Assembly: GCA_964016885.1 (NCBI GenBank)
Contig: OZ024760.1
Location: 27,652,001-27,716,000, forward strand
DNA from: Eledone cirrhosa
Taxonomy: Eukaryota
DNA length: 64,000 nucleotides
Direction: 5' to 3'
This document shows positions 13,135-25,034 of this stretch, one piece after another. The first letter of the stretch is position 1; the number at the start of each line of letters is the position of its first letter. The position numbers and the translations under genes were made by a program. Below the pieces are notes generated by a model. The model was not told where the DNA came from and ran no database searches. It saw only the letters and a program-made list of their open reading frames with translations.

Positions 13135-13201
13135 AGTTTCCATCGTCAGCTGTAAATGTTTCCCGAACCGATGTTTCGGCACTGAATTACAGGGCATCGG
13201 T
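13135..13201 (-). ncRNA. Candidate non-circularly permuted hammerhead ribozyme (U16.1 replaced by C in this copy)
   Basis: Minus strand: ACCGAUG-CC-CUGUAA-uuc-AGUGCC-GAAA-CAUCGGU-(11 nt)-UUACAG-CUGACGA-U-GGAAACU. Stem III (7 bp) and stem I (6 bp) are perfect; stem II is partial. Confidence 0.55.
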
Positions 13202-13571
13202 GTAGTTTGGGTGCGCCCGGGGCCTTTTATTAATCAAAAGGCCAGGTGGAAAAGGAGAGAGAAAGAGAGAATAAAAGGGAAGAAAAAAAGGAAAGAGAAA
13301 AGGAAAGGGAGGGAAAGGAGGAAGAACTGGGAGGGGGAGGGGGGATGAGGAGAGAGGAAGAATGGGGAAGGGGAAAAATGGGAAAGGAATAGAAGAAAAA
13401 AAAGTGTACAGATCCCATCGTGGGAAGACACAGGTGAAAGCAACATGCAAAAAAGTAACCGTGGAAAAATAGGGAAAGTAAGTTGTGGCCAACCTGGGAG
13501 ACTTTAGCCTGGTGGTCAGCTACGACTCAGAGCTGGTATAATCGTGCTGCCTCTCGCATATATATATATAT

Positions 13572-13604
<33 letters not shown>

Positions 13605-13611
<7 letters not shown>

Positions 13612-13833
13612 AAAGTTTGTCCTTCATCAGTGATCTTCCAACTATCATAGGCATTTCATCGCTTTAAAGACCATAAATATAAGACTTATAAATATAAGAG
13701 AAAGGCATGAACAACACCACATGTTAATTACTTTAATATTGAAAGTAGGCTTATAAATATAGATGGTCTTTAAAGCGATGAAATGCCTATGATAGTTGGA
13801 AGATCACTGATGAAGGACAAACTTTTTTCATAT
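13605..13833. repeat. Inverted repeat with about 70-bp arms and a spacer of about 88 bp
   Basis: 13605-13674 is the reverse complement of 13763-13833. Confidence 0.9.
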
Positions 13834-13859
13834 GTAACCCATTTGCAACTCCGCAGCGC

Positions 13860-13959
13860 CCTTAGGTTAACTTTGCCTTTCATCCTTACGGGGTCGATAA
13901 AATAAAGTACCAGTAATATATTGGGTAATTGGTGGCCTTGTGCCAAAAGTAGAAACAAT

Positions 13960-13962
<3 letters not shown>
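13860..13962 (+). mobile_element. SINE 3' fragment (same family as 17527 and 53697)
   Basis: AGGTTAACTTTGCCTTTCATCCTTACGGGGTCGATAAAATAAAGTACCAGT...GGCCTTGTGCCAAAAGTAGAAACAATTATT. Confidence 0.85.
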
Positions 13963-14029
<67 letters not shown>

Positions 14030-14102
14030 TGGTAGCTAAGATGCTTCCATAGGCGGTATGCTCTAGGCTCTTACTCTATGCTCTTACATATATATATATA
14101 TG

Positions 14103-14227
14103 TTTTAATATAGAAGAGCTTCTACAGGACTAGAACTGTTTCATTGGTGAGAAATAATCAGGAGATTCCTGATGATTTCTCACGAATCAAACAGTTCTAG
14201 TCCTGTAGAAGCTCTTCTATATTAAAA
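14103..14227. repeat. Fold-back inverted repeat (about 60-bp arms) with a CTGATGA at its centre
   Basis: TTTTAATATAGAAGAGCTTCTACAGGACTAGAACTGTTT...AAACAGTTCTAGTCCTGTAGAAGCTCTTCTATATTAAAA. Confidence 0.9.
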
Positions 14228-14512
14228 TATTTATACTCTGCTATGTATTGAGTACCCTACTTACTGTGGTTACCTCCGATTCAACTCGGAATAACTTACC
14301 TATATATATATATATATATACACACACATATATATATATACATATATATATACACACATATATATATATACATATATATATACACATATATATATACACA
14401 CATATATATATATATATACATATATATATACATAATATATATATGCATATATATATATACATAATATATATATGCATATATATATACATAATATATATAT
14501 GCATATATATAT

Positions 14513-14883
14513 CAGTGGCGAAGGGTAACCTGGAAAGCAGGGTATGCAGTCCAATCGCCATGGCGGAAAGTGGGGCTGTGTAGCCTTACCCCCCCCCCCC
14601 GAATGCCCTCTAAATGACCCTCCCGGTTAAATCCGCATGTAGTGTTATCTAGTGTCTCTGTGTGTGTGTGTTATCTTTTTATGTGTCTACGATTTAGTAA
14701 GCAGTCAAAATTCTGCTTGCCGCAAAGCTGTCGTGTTTGTGTGTGTGTGTGTGTTATATTTTTATGTGTCTACGATTTAGTAAGCAGCCAAAATTCTGCT
14801 TGCTTCAACCGATGCAATTGATCAACTCAAGAATCTATAACGCATGCACTGCATGCCTTGCTTGCACGGACACTTCGCCCCTG
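14513..14883. mobile_element. Non-autonomous DNA transposon (hAT-like MITE)
   Basis: 11-bp terminal inverted repeats CAGTGGCGAAG / CTTCGCCCCTG (one mismatch), flanked by ATATATAT on both sides, with an internal direct repeat of about 60 bp (14660-14720 and 14742-14803). Confidence 0.65.
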
Positions 14884-14884
14884 A

Positions 14885-14920
<36 letters not shown>

Positions 14921-15062
14921 CACACATACACACACATACACACACACATATATATATATTTGTGTGTGTTTATTTTCATAATTACGCACGAGGTGAACTA
15001 GCCTGCTTTTAAATTCCCTTTTTGGCATATTCTAACAGTGGCTCTAGGGTTATCGTGTTTGA

Positions 15063-15143
15063 GCTCTACTGATGAACGACTACAAGCGTGACCATCCCCA
15101 CTGAAAAGTTTCGTGAAATAGTCTTTTTAAGACTATACAGAGC
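15063..15143 (+). ncRNA. Type I hammerhead ribozyme with a full stem III
   Basis: GCUCU-A-CUGAUGA-ACGA..UCGU-GAAA-UAGUCUU-uuu-AAGACUA-UA-C-AGAGC; there is one A-C mismatch at the core-proximal pair of stem I. Confidence 0.75.
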
Positions 15144-15391
15144 ATTTGTAGTTTTTCCAAATTGAAGGATGAGTATTTAAACTTTATTTTATTCTGAGTT
15201 AAGGCTCTATTGATTTTTCCCTGGATTTCACAAAATTTGTGGATAAAATCTATGTCTTGATTTTTTTTTAATTGAGTTTGAATTATTTTCCCACGTCTTA
15301 CGTTAACTATTTTTCCATTTTGACATTATAGTCACTTATATATTATGAAATACTGTTGGCTTCACGCTCACAATAATTTCTATACTTTCGT

Positions 15392-15469
<78 letters not shown>

Positions 15470-16062
15470 GTATATATATAGTTGAAGTCAACTATATGTA
15501 CGCCTGGTTGTTTGTGGTTTCGTGGAGTGGAGTGGAGTGGTGGGGCAATAATATAGATGTGTGTAATTTGTAATGAAGGGTGGTGGTGGTGGTGGGGGGA
15601 GGGGATACTGGGCTGATTGACAGCTGTTAAATGACAACATCATTGGCTGGCTGGCTGGCCACTGTGCTGGCTGGCTGGTTGGTTGGCGTGTGCATCACAC
15701 TAGATGGACATAATATACTCCACCATCCTCATATCTTCTTTCTTTCTTATCTATCTATCTATCTACCTTTCTATCTATGTGTTTAGCTATCTATCTGTAT
15801 CTCTCTCTCTCTCTCATTGTCTTTCTATCTCTCTATCTGTCTATCGATTTGTCTGTCTGTCTATCTATCTTTCTTTCTTTTCTATCTATGTATGTGTTTT
15901 TCTTTCTCTGTCCTACTTTCACTCTTTCCTTCCTTCCCTCTCACTTCGTGTCTTTCCGCCTACCTCCGCCACTTTCCGCTCCGACACCTCCGTGATTTAA
16001 CAAACTCCATCTCACCACTGATAAGCGACAGTTCAACAGCTGGATTACGAAGAGTACTAACT

Positions 16063-17178
16063 ATGATGGTGGTGGTGGTGGTGGTGGTAGTGGTAGTGGT
16101 GGTGGTGGTAGTGGTGGTGGTGGTGGTGGTGGTTATTGTGGTGGTGGTAGTGGTGGTTGTGATGGTGGTTGTGATGGTGGTGGTGGTAGTGGTGGTGGTA
16201 GTGGTGGTGGTGGTGGTGGTGGTAGTGGTGGTGGTGGTGGTGGTTGTGATGGTGGTGGTGGTGGTGGTAGTGGTGGTGGTAGTGGTGGTGGTGGTGGTGG
16301 TAGTGGTGGTTGTGATGGTGGTTGTGGTGGTGGTGGTTGTGATGGTAGTGGTGGTGGTAGTGGTGGTGGTGGTGGTAGTGGTGGTGGTGGTAGTGGTGGT
16401 GGTAGTGGTGGTTGTGATGGTCGTGGTGGTAGTGGTCGTGGTGGTGGTGGTTGTGATGGTGGTGGAAGTGGTGGTGGTTGTAATGGTTATTGTGGTTGTG
16501 GTGGTGGTGGTGGTGGTTGTGGTTGTGGTGGTGGTGGTGTAGTGGTGGTGGTGGTGGTGGTGGTTGTGATGGTTATTGTGGTGGTGGTTGTGGTGATGGT
16601 TGTGATGGTGGTGGTGGTGTGGTAGTGGTGGTGATGGTGGTGGTGGTGGTTGTGATGATGGTGGTGGTGGTAGTGGTGGTGGTGGTGGTTGTGGTGGTGG
16701 TGGTGGTGGTTGTGATGGTTATTGTGGTTGTGGTGGTGGTAGTGGTGGTGATGGTGTGGTGGTGGTGGTGGTGGTTGTGATGGTTATTGTGGTGGTGGTG
16801 TGGTGGTAGTGGTGGTGGTGGTGGTTGTGATGGTTATTGTGGTGGTGGTGGTGGTGGAGTGGTGGTGGTGGTGGTTGTGATGGTTATTGTGGTGGTGGTG
16901 GTGGTCGTGGTGGTCGTGGTGGTTGTGATGGTTATTGTGGTGGTGGGGTGGGGTCGTGGTGGTGGTAGTAGTGGTAGTAGTGGTTAGTGGTGGTGGTTAT
17001 GATGGTGGTGGTTGTGATGGTTATTGTGGTGGTGGTGGTGGTGGTAGAAAGTGGTGGCGATTGGGGTAGTGTTTGTGGTGGATTTAGTAGATGATGGTTG
17101 TAGTAGTAGTAGTAGTAATGGTGGTGGTGGTGATGGTAGTAGTAGTAGCAGTAGTAGTAGTAGTGGTGGTGGTAGTAC

Positions 17179-17213
<35 letters not shown>
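16063..17213. repeat. (GGT)n/(GTA)n compound trinucleotide array
   Basis: Directly visible; produces the poly-Val and poly-Gly pseudo-ORFs. Confidence 0.95.
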
Positions 17214-17216
<3 letters not shown>

Positions 17217-17526
17217 TTGGAGGTGGTTTTTATCTTTGTTGTGCCACAGAAGTAAAACAGAAGTTTTAGCAATATTTTTGGCTGGAGGTACCACAGTAAA
17301 ACAAACAACACCTCCACCACCACCATTATTGACAACACCACCCCCACCATCTTCGTCAGCATCAACACTCCCACCAACACCAATACATAAACAATAACGA
17401 CAACAACCACAGAAACAAGAAGAAGAAGAAGAAGAAGAAGAAAAAAGAAGAAATCTGTGGAACATTGATATAGAGTTTGCAGATCCAGTATTCCAAAATA
17501 CACTATTAGTTTCATAGCCATTATTG

Positions 17527-17723
17527 GTGGATTGGCAGTATCGGTAGAGCGTCGGACGCTATGCTTTGCAGAAAAGAGTTACGGCCCTTTATGATCTGAG
17601 TTCAAATCCCGCCGAGGTTAACTTTGCCTTTCATCCTTACGGGGTCGATAAAATAAGGGTAAAGTACCAGTAATACACTGGAATAATTGCTGGCCTTGTG
17701 CCAAAAGTAGAAACAATTATTAT
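17527..17723 (+). mobile_element. tRNA-derived SINE, near full length
   Basis: A-box-like TGGCAGTATCGG, B-box-like GAGTTCAAATCC, conserved body and (ATT)n tail; many copies occur in the window. Confidence 0.85.
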
Positions 17724-17734
17724 TGGAGCTACAT

Positions 17735-17840
17735 ACAGTAGATTGGTTAAGTATGCTCAATCGCGAGGTTGTGAGTTCGATTCCCAGACCGGGCCATACG
17801 TTATGTCCTTGAGCAAGACACTTTATTTCACGTTGTTCCT
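17735..17840 (+). mobile_element. Second SINE family: tRNA-like head plus CORE-like domain
   Basis: GAGTTCGATTCC B-box followed by TGTCCTTGAGCAAGACACTTTATTTCAC. Confidence 0.6.
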
Positions 17841-17951
17841 TCTACCTGGAGTTGCGACCGATAGATAGTATTAGCAATTGGAAAGACCAATGGAAACATT
17901 AATTCCTCGGTCCGATTTTACGAAAGTCGATCGACTATCGCCTCCCCTCTC

Positions 17952-17988
<37 letters not shown>

Positions 17989-18065
17989 ACGAAGGAAATG
18001 TGGTAAGGAACCAGATGGACCATAACGCACCAGTGTACTCAATACTTAGGGTAGTAGAGTGGGTA

Positions 18066-18194
18066 ATAGGAACAAGTATGACCCCGACGGCAGAGCTCAA
18101 GCCGTTTCGACGGCTAATTGTAGACAAAATTAGCGTCCAGAATTAGCCGTCGAAACGGCTTGAGCTCTGCCGTCGGGGTCATACTTGTTCCTAT
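18066..18194. repeat. Fold-back inverted repeat (about 54-bp arms)
   Basis: ATAGGAACAAGTATGACCCCGACGGCAGAGCTCAAGCCGTTTCGACGGCTAATT and its reverse complement. Confidence 0.92.
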
Positions 18195-18437
18195 ATATAT
18201 ATATATATATATATATTAGTGAAAAATTGAACGGGAACAAAACAGAGAGGCAGTACGAACAAAGGTTTATTAGTTTCACGCTCTTGAGAGTATATATATA
18301 TATAACATTAATAAAGATACATAAATCGTTTATTCATTATAATTATTTCAACGGTTCTCCCATGCAATCAAGATGTAATTCATGCATTTGTTGTTGTTGT
18401 TTTTACCAAAACAATCTCTTCGGAACCCCCCCCCCCC

Positions 18438-18486
<49 letters not shown>

Positions 18487-18487
<1 letters not shown>

Positions 18488-18714
18488 CGTTTCTGAATTT
18501 GTTTAGCAAGATTCTTTATCTGAAATCGTGTGTTGAAACCGATATTGTTATACTATGGGAGGGTCATGTTGCCAATAAGAAACACACGCACCAGTTGCTT
18601 TCACTTCAATTTATTATAATAAATTTCTAAATTTATTATAATAAATTGAAGTGAAAGCAACTGGTGCGTGTGTTTCTTATTGGCAACATGACCCTCCCAA
18701 AGTATAACAATATA
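18487..18714. mobile_element. Inverted pair of PLE terminal segments forming a palindrome of about 170 bp
   Basis: Both arms match 12545-12680 (GTGAAAGCAACTGGTGCGTGTGTTTCTTATTGGCAACATGACCCTCCCAAAGTATAAC). Confidence 0.85.
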
Positions 18715-18800
18715 TATGTATATATATATATATATATATCCCAAGGCTCTGATACCATCAACATCATAAACACAGAGCTGGCATATCTAAGAACTGACTA

Positions 18801-18856
18801 ACTGCCTGATGAGGTCATAGCCATTCAATGGCTATCATCGAAATATATATAGCAGT
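18801..18856 (+). ncRNA. Type I hammerhead ribozyme (palindromic stem III UAUAUA)
   Basis: ACUGC-CUGAUGA-GGUC-AUAGCCAU-uca-AUGGCUAU-CAUC-GAAA-UAUAUA-UA-GCAGU, followed by AATAAA at 18858. Confidence 0.88.
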
Positions 18857-18897
18857 AAATAAAGGATTATGAGTTCATGCAATTGACTTATGTTTCG

Positions 18898-19014
<117 letters not shown>

Positions 19015-19063
19015 TGGGAGGTGCCCAAATTTCACACCCACATATAAAGAGAGAAAGAGGGAT

Positions 19064-19104
<41 letters not shown>

Positions 19105-19105
<1 letters not shown>

Positions 19106-19731
19106 TTCTTTATTAGCTACAGGGGCACAAAAGAAGGGGACAAATACAAAGGGGGAAGTTTACATACAATAAAAACGTGTAAAATGTTATCACAGATGGA
19201 ATTTAAAAGTTAGTCGATTTTCCCCAATAGAGGGAGACAGTTTATATGGGTAACACATACCCCCGAAAAAAAATGTGCAACCCTCATCTCCAGGAGTACG
19301 AAGAGCTTGTACTCCTTTCCTCTCCTCCTCCTTTTCCTCAACCTACAGGCTGATATAGAGAGAAGGCCCATTCACTCGGGCCATTCTCGCCACTTTCACC
19401 CACCTTTCATAAAACTTGCTGGGGTACAGCACCTCTCTCTCCATCCTGATTCTTCTTCCAAAGTGGTATTTGAAAAAAAGAATCAGTTGTTGGCCGGAGA
19501 GAAAGGTGTCTGACCTCAGCCCTTTCAACCTTGTCCACCATACAACCTCTTTCACCATAGCTATCACACAAAGGAAAACCGCCTCTCCTTCGTTTTTGAA
19601 GGAGGGTGGCGGTTTGATCATGACAATGGACTCGGTGGTCAACTGGATTGGTCCCACCCGCGACAATAGTCGTTCTACATAGCCCCACAGGTCAGTGACG
19701 CCCGGGCAGTGTATGAATGCGTGCGCGACGG
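19105..19731 (-). mobile_element. 3' fragment of an L1/Tx1-like LINE inside a (GATA)n array
   Basis: Translation TVAHAFIHCPGVTDLW...VVWWTR resembles the C-terminal CCHC region of L1/Tx1 ORF2. There is an AATAAA near the 3' end and (GATA)n on both sides. Confidence 0.7.
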
Positions 19732-19732
19732 T

Positions 19733-19769
<37 letters not shown>

Positions 19770-20035
19770 AAACAATATTTCAGAAAATAATATTTCAGGT
19801 GCAGGATGACTGCAAGAACGCCGATCCTTAATTCATAAGCTGCAAAGGGCCCCCGATATCTGGGACTATAAAAATCCGGCAAGGCCTACATAAAAGGCTG
19901 GTTACATAAAGGACGGCGTTAAGAACAAAACACTGTTTCTTTTGTGGTATTGTTACCAAAGCAGGTGCCGGTCAACCTGATCGCTAAATTAAGAAAATAC
20001 ACTCTCACTTACACACATTATAGACATATAAAGTT

Positions 20036-20066
<31 letters not shown>

Positions 20067-20093
20067 AAGTGTACATACATAATATAATATATA

Positions 20094-20163
<70 letters not shown>

Positions 20164-20401
20164 ATATATACTATATATGGTGAGAGAAATAATGAGTTAA
20201 ATGGAGAGGAAGCAAAACGAGGATGATAGAGAGATAGTTAAGGGGTGGGGTGGGTGGGGGGTGGGGGGGGGGGTGAGCGGGTTGTAAGTGTGTGTGAGGG
20301 GGTTATAAGTGTGCGAGAACGGGAGAGAAGGAAATTAGAGTGAAAGTGAGAGGAAGAAAAAGGGATTTTAGAAAACGGAGAGAGAGAGACAAAGAGAGAA
20401 A

Positions 20402-20440
<39 letters not shown>

Positions 20441-21569
20441 AGAGAGAAGGGAGGAAGAAGGGAGGAAGAAGGATAGAAAGAAATAATACACTGAGGAAGG
20501 AGAGATTAAAACCAAGTGTAAAGATTAAAAACACATTATAGGGAATGAAAGAAAGTTTTATGGTGATATTAAAATAAAGAAAATCACAACAAAGCATAAC
20601 AAAAATACGGTAATAAAAAATATACTAAAACATATCAACAAAAATTACAAACATAAAAAACCCCACATTACTAAAAAATATAAATAACATTAACATAAAT
20701 ATTAATAAAACAAATAATTAAAAAATACAAACATTAACAGAAAATAAAAACATTTATAAAAAAAATATTTAAAAAAACATTAACAAATATACAAACATTA
20801 ATTTAAAAAATATTTATAAAAATCACTAACAAAAATACAAACATTAATAAAATATATTTAAAAAAACACTAACATAAAATATAAAAATTTATAAAAAAAT
20901 CTTTAAAGTGCTAATATATAATTTAAAAAAAAACTAAAAAAAACACTAACATTAATAAGAAAAACCCCTTAAACATGCTAATATATAAATAAAAAAAATA
21001 TAAAAAAATATAAACATAAAATAGAAACATATTAATAAGGAATACATTAAGAAAAAATAAAAATATGTTAATACAAGAAAAAAACAGTTGCAAACAATAT
21101 AAATACATTAATAAAGAGTGTAAAGAACATATTAAGAAAAAATACAGACATATTATAAAAGAATAAAACACCAAAACGCCCACCAGCGTTCTAGTCTTTC
21201 TTATTATAATATATTTTTATAGAGTGAACCCTAGGTCCCTTTTTATCTCTCTATTTTGTAGGTTTGTGTATAATGTGTTGTGTATATATGTATATATAAG
21301 TATATACATATATATGTATATATATATATATATATATATAATGTGTTGTTTACACACATATTTTTATATAAATGTGTAAATGTATGTATGTATATATATG
21401 TGTGTGTGTCAATATATGTATGTATATATATGTGGGTGTGTGTATAATATATACATTCACACATTTTTATGACTTGCCTTTCATCAAAGCTAATGGTATG
21501 TGTCAGGTTATTTTGTCCCAACATGTGGTGAAACAACACGGCTCTAGACAACCTGCACATACATACATA

Positions 21570-21667
21570 TGTATATATATATACATGTGTATATATACAT
21601 ACATATACATTATATATATATATGTGTGTGTATATATACATACATATACATTATATATATATATATG

Positions 21668-21730
<63 letters not shown>

Positions 21731-21742
21731 TGTTATACTTTG

Positions 21743-21782
<40 letters not shown>

Positions 21783-21803
21783 ATACTTTGTTATATATAT
21801 ATA

Positions 21804-21850
<47 letters not shown>

Positions 21851-22028
21851 TACTTTGTTATATATATATATATTATATATATATATATATTGTTATATAT
21901 ATATATATTGTTATATATATATATATATATTGTTATATATATATATATTGTTATATATATATATATTGTTTTGATATATATATATATATGTATTGTTATA
22001 TATATATATATATATATATTGTTATATA

Positions 22029-22063
<35 letters not shown>

Positions 22064-22091
22064 GTATTGTTATATATATATATATATATTG

Positions 22092-22139
<48 letters not shown>

Positions 22140-22219
22140 GTATTGTTATATATATATATATATTGTTATATATATATATATATTGTTATATATATATATA
22201 TTGTTATATATATATATTG

Positions 22220-22267
<48 letters not shown>

Positions 22268-22280
22268 TGTTATATATATT

Positions 22281-22317
<37 letters not shown>

Positions 22318-22395
22318 TGTTATATATATTTATATATATATATATACATATATATATATTGTCATATATATTGTTATATATATATATATATATAT
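21570..22395. repeat. (TA)n array punctuated by TTGT units
   Basis: Recurrent TATTGTTATA and TTGTTATACTTTGTTA units. Confidence 0.9.
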
Positions 22396-23103
22396 ATTGT
22401 TATACTTTGGGAGGGTCATGTTGCCAATAAGAAACACACGCACCAGTTGCTTTCACTTCATATAGAATCTACACTTCAAATATAATCTACACACTTCATA
22501 TAGAATCTACACTCTTCAAATAGAATCTACACACAGAAAAGATGCAATGTTTAGACAAATACAGAGGCAATAAACATAAAAGAATTACAACCAAAATTAA
22601 ATAGAAAATATGAGTGGAACAGCAACATCACAACTTACAATTAAGGACAAAATGAAAACACACACACACATAGAACAAACAACCAACCAGTAACATGTAA
22701 ATAAATAAATAAATAAACAAATAGATAAATGAACATAAACACACACAGACACCCGGATGTGGCGCATGCGCAGACTGAGCACACAACACACACACAGAAA
22801 CAAAATGGCGTAGGACAGAACAAAGGAGAGGCACAGAAACAAAGAAAGGAATCCCCAGTCACTGAAGAGGTCACACAGTGTGTGACGACAGGACTATGAC
22901 TATATATAAGCAACTATCTGGTTGTGGAACCAACCAACCAGAAATTTATAAATTTATAAATGTATAATAAACTGAAGTGAAAGCAACTGGTGCGTGTGTT
23001 TCTTATTGGCAACAAGACCCCCCCCCCCCCCCAAAGTATAACAATATCGGTTTCAACACACGATTTCAGATAAAGAATCTTGCTAAACAAATTCAGAAAC
23101 GAA
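22396..23103 (+). mobile_element. PLE 3' end / pseudo-LTR with an inverted terminal segment at its 5' side
   Basis: 22520-23103 is homologous to 12100-12681, and 22396-22460 is the inverted terminal motif. The junction has ATAGAATCTACAC repeats. Confidence 0.85.
22857..22901 (+). ncRNA. Hammerhead motif with a core mutation (GAAA to GACA), probably inactive
   Basis: AGUCA-CUGAAGA-G-GUCACAC-agu-GUGUGAC-GACA-GGAC-UA-UGACU. Confidence 0.7.
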
Positions 23104-23117
23104 ATATATATATATTG

Positions 23118-23169
<52 letters not shown>

Positions 23170-23293
23170 ATATATATATATATATTGTTATATATATATA
23201 TATATATATTGTTTATATATATATATATATATATATTGTTTATATATATATATATATATATATATTGTTTATATATATATATATATATATATT

Positions 23294-23346
<53 letters not shown>

Positions 23347-23352
23347 CATATA

Positions 23353-23519
23353 TTGTTATATTTGGGGAGGGTCATATTGTTATAATGTTGCCAGAAGTCA
23401 TAATAACAGAACACACTCACTGTTTGGTTGGTTTTCGCTTCTGTATCTGTTATATCTCCATAGTTAATTTATTTGGCAATCAATATTTATCATTGACTGA
23501 CCAACGGTTAAAAAAACAG

Positions 23520-23563
<44 letters not shown>

Positions 23564-23650
23564 TATCAAAAGTTCTTTCGTCACACATCTGTGATATCAT
23601 CAGTGGTACTATTATGTCTGCTCCCGTTGCATTGTAATGCCTACGCCATT
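23353..23650 (-). mobile_element. PLE pseudo-LTR fragment (subfamily of 4588-5211) with an HHR motif at 23565-23608
   Basis: Reverse-complement match to 4925-5211. Minus strand reads ACCA-CUGAUGA-UAUCACA-gaug-UGUGAC-GAAA-GAAC-UU-UUGAU, with a weak stem I. Confidence 0.75.
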
Positions 23651-23651
23651 C

Positions 23652-23716
<65 letters not shown>

Positions 23717-23769
23717 TATATATACACACACACACATATATATATACACACACACACACATATATATAT

Positions 23770-23802
<33 letters not shown>

Positions 23803-23879
23803 CACACACACACACATATATATATACACACACACACACATATATATATATACACACACACACACATATATATATATAT

Positions 23880-23922
<43 letters not shown>

Positions 23923-23938
23923 TATATATATATATATT

Positions 23939-24131
<193 letters not shown>

Positions 24132-24199
24132 GAAGTAATTCCGTCGGAAAGGTCCAGGCAAAAAGAGTGCTCTATGTAATAAACAACATGAGATACTTA

Positions 24200-24260
24200 T
24201 TTCATTTACCAGTGGTTTCTTGAAAGCAAACGAAATTTGCTTTCAGTCATCAGATTGAAA
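24200..24260 (-). ncRNA. Type I hammerhead ribozyme
   Basis: Minus strand: UUUCAAU-CUGAUGA-C-UGAAAGCAAA-uuucg-UUUGCUUUCA-A-GAAA-CCACUGG-UA-AAUGAAA. Confidence 0.78.
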
Positions 24261-24710
24261 AAATCCTGGTATATTTATTGACAGTGGATTTTAAAAACAA
24301 AAATATAATCTATATGAAAGTGAGGCTGGAAAAGGAAGAAGGAAAGGAAACAGAATAAATATACAAGTAGACAAACACACATGCACCCACACACACACAT
24401 ACACACACACGCACACACATATATATACACCCATATACATATACATATATATATATATATACACACATATATATACACATACACACATATATACACATAC
24501 ACACACACATATATATATATACACACACATATATATACATACACACATATATATACATACACACATATATACACATACACACACATATACACATACACAC
24601 ATATATATATCTATATATATATGCATACATATACACATACATATCCATACATACACATACACACAAATACACAAACACACACACATATATATATATATAT
24701 ATCTATATAC

Positions 24711-24761
<51 letters not shown>

Positions 24762-25034
24762 TATATAATCATATATATATTCACACGTACATATACACAC
24801 ATACATACACACACATATACACGCATACATACTCGCACACATATATAGATATATGTACACACACCTACATACGCACACACAATTAAATATAATAAAAAAT
24901 TATAATAAAAAATATAATGATGCAAAAAGCTGTCACATCAAAATAAAAATAAAAAATAAAAAATATACGACTTAAGAAAATAAAAATAAAAATTATTATA
25001 AAGTTGACAGCGATACAGTAAAGGACACAAGTAA

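Noticed and set aside
13763-13833. GAAATGCCTA...ATCA-CTGATGA-AGGAC as a type II or permuted hammerhead
   Set aside because: No stem II partner is adjacent to the GAAA and stem III cannot be placed in register.
17527-17615. tRNA gene
   Set aside because: The A/B-box-like motifs belong to multi-copy SINE heads, and no cloverleaf is evident.
17853-17941. GCGA-CCGATAGA...GAAA-GTCGATCGAC-TA-TCGC hammerhead-like motif
   Set aside because: The CUGANGA box is corrupted and stem II is unclear; counted only as a decayed candidate.
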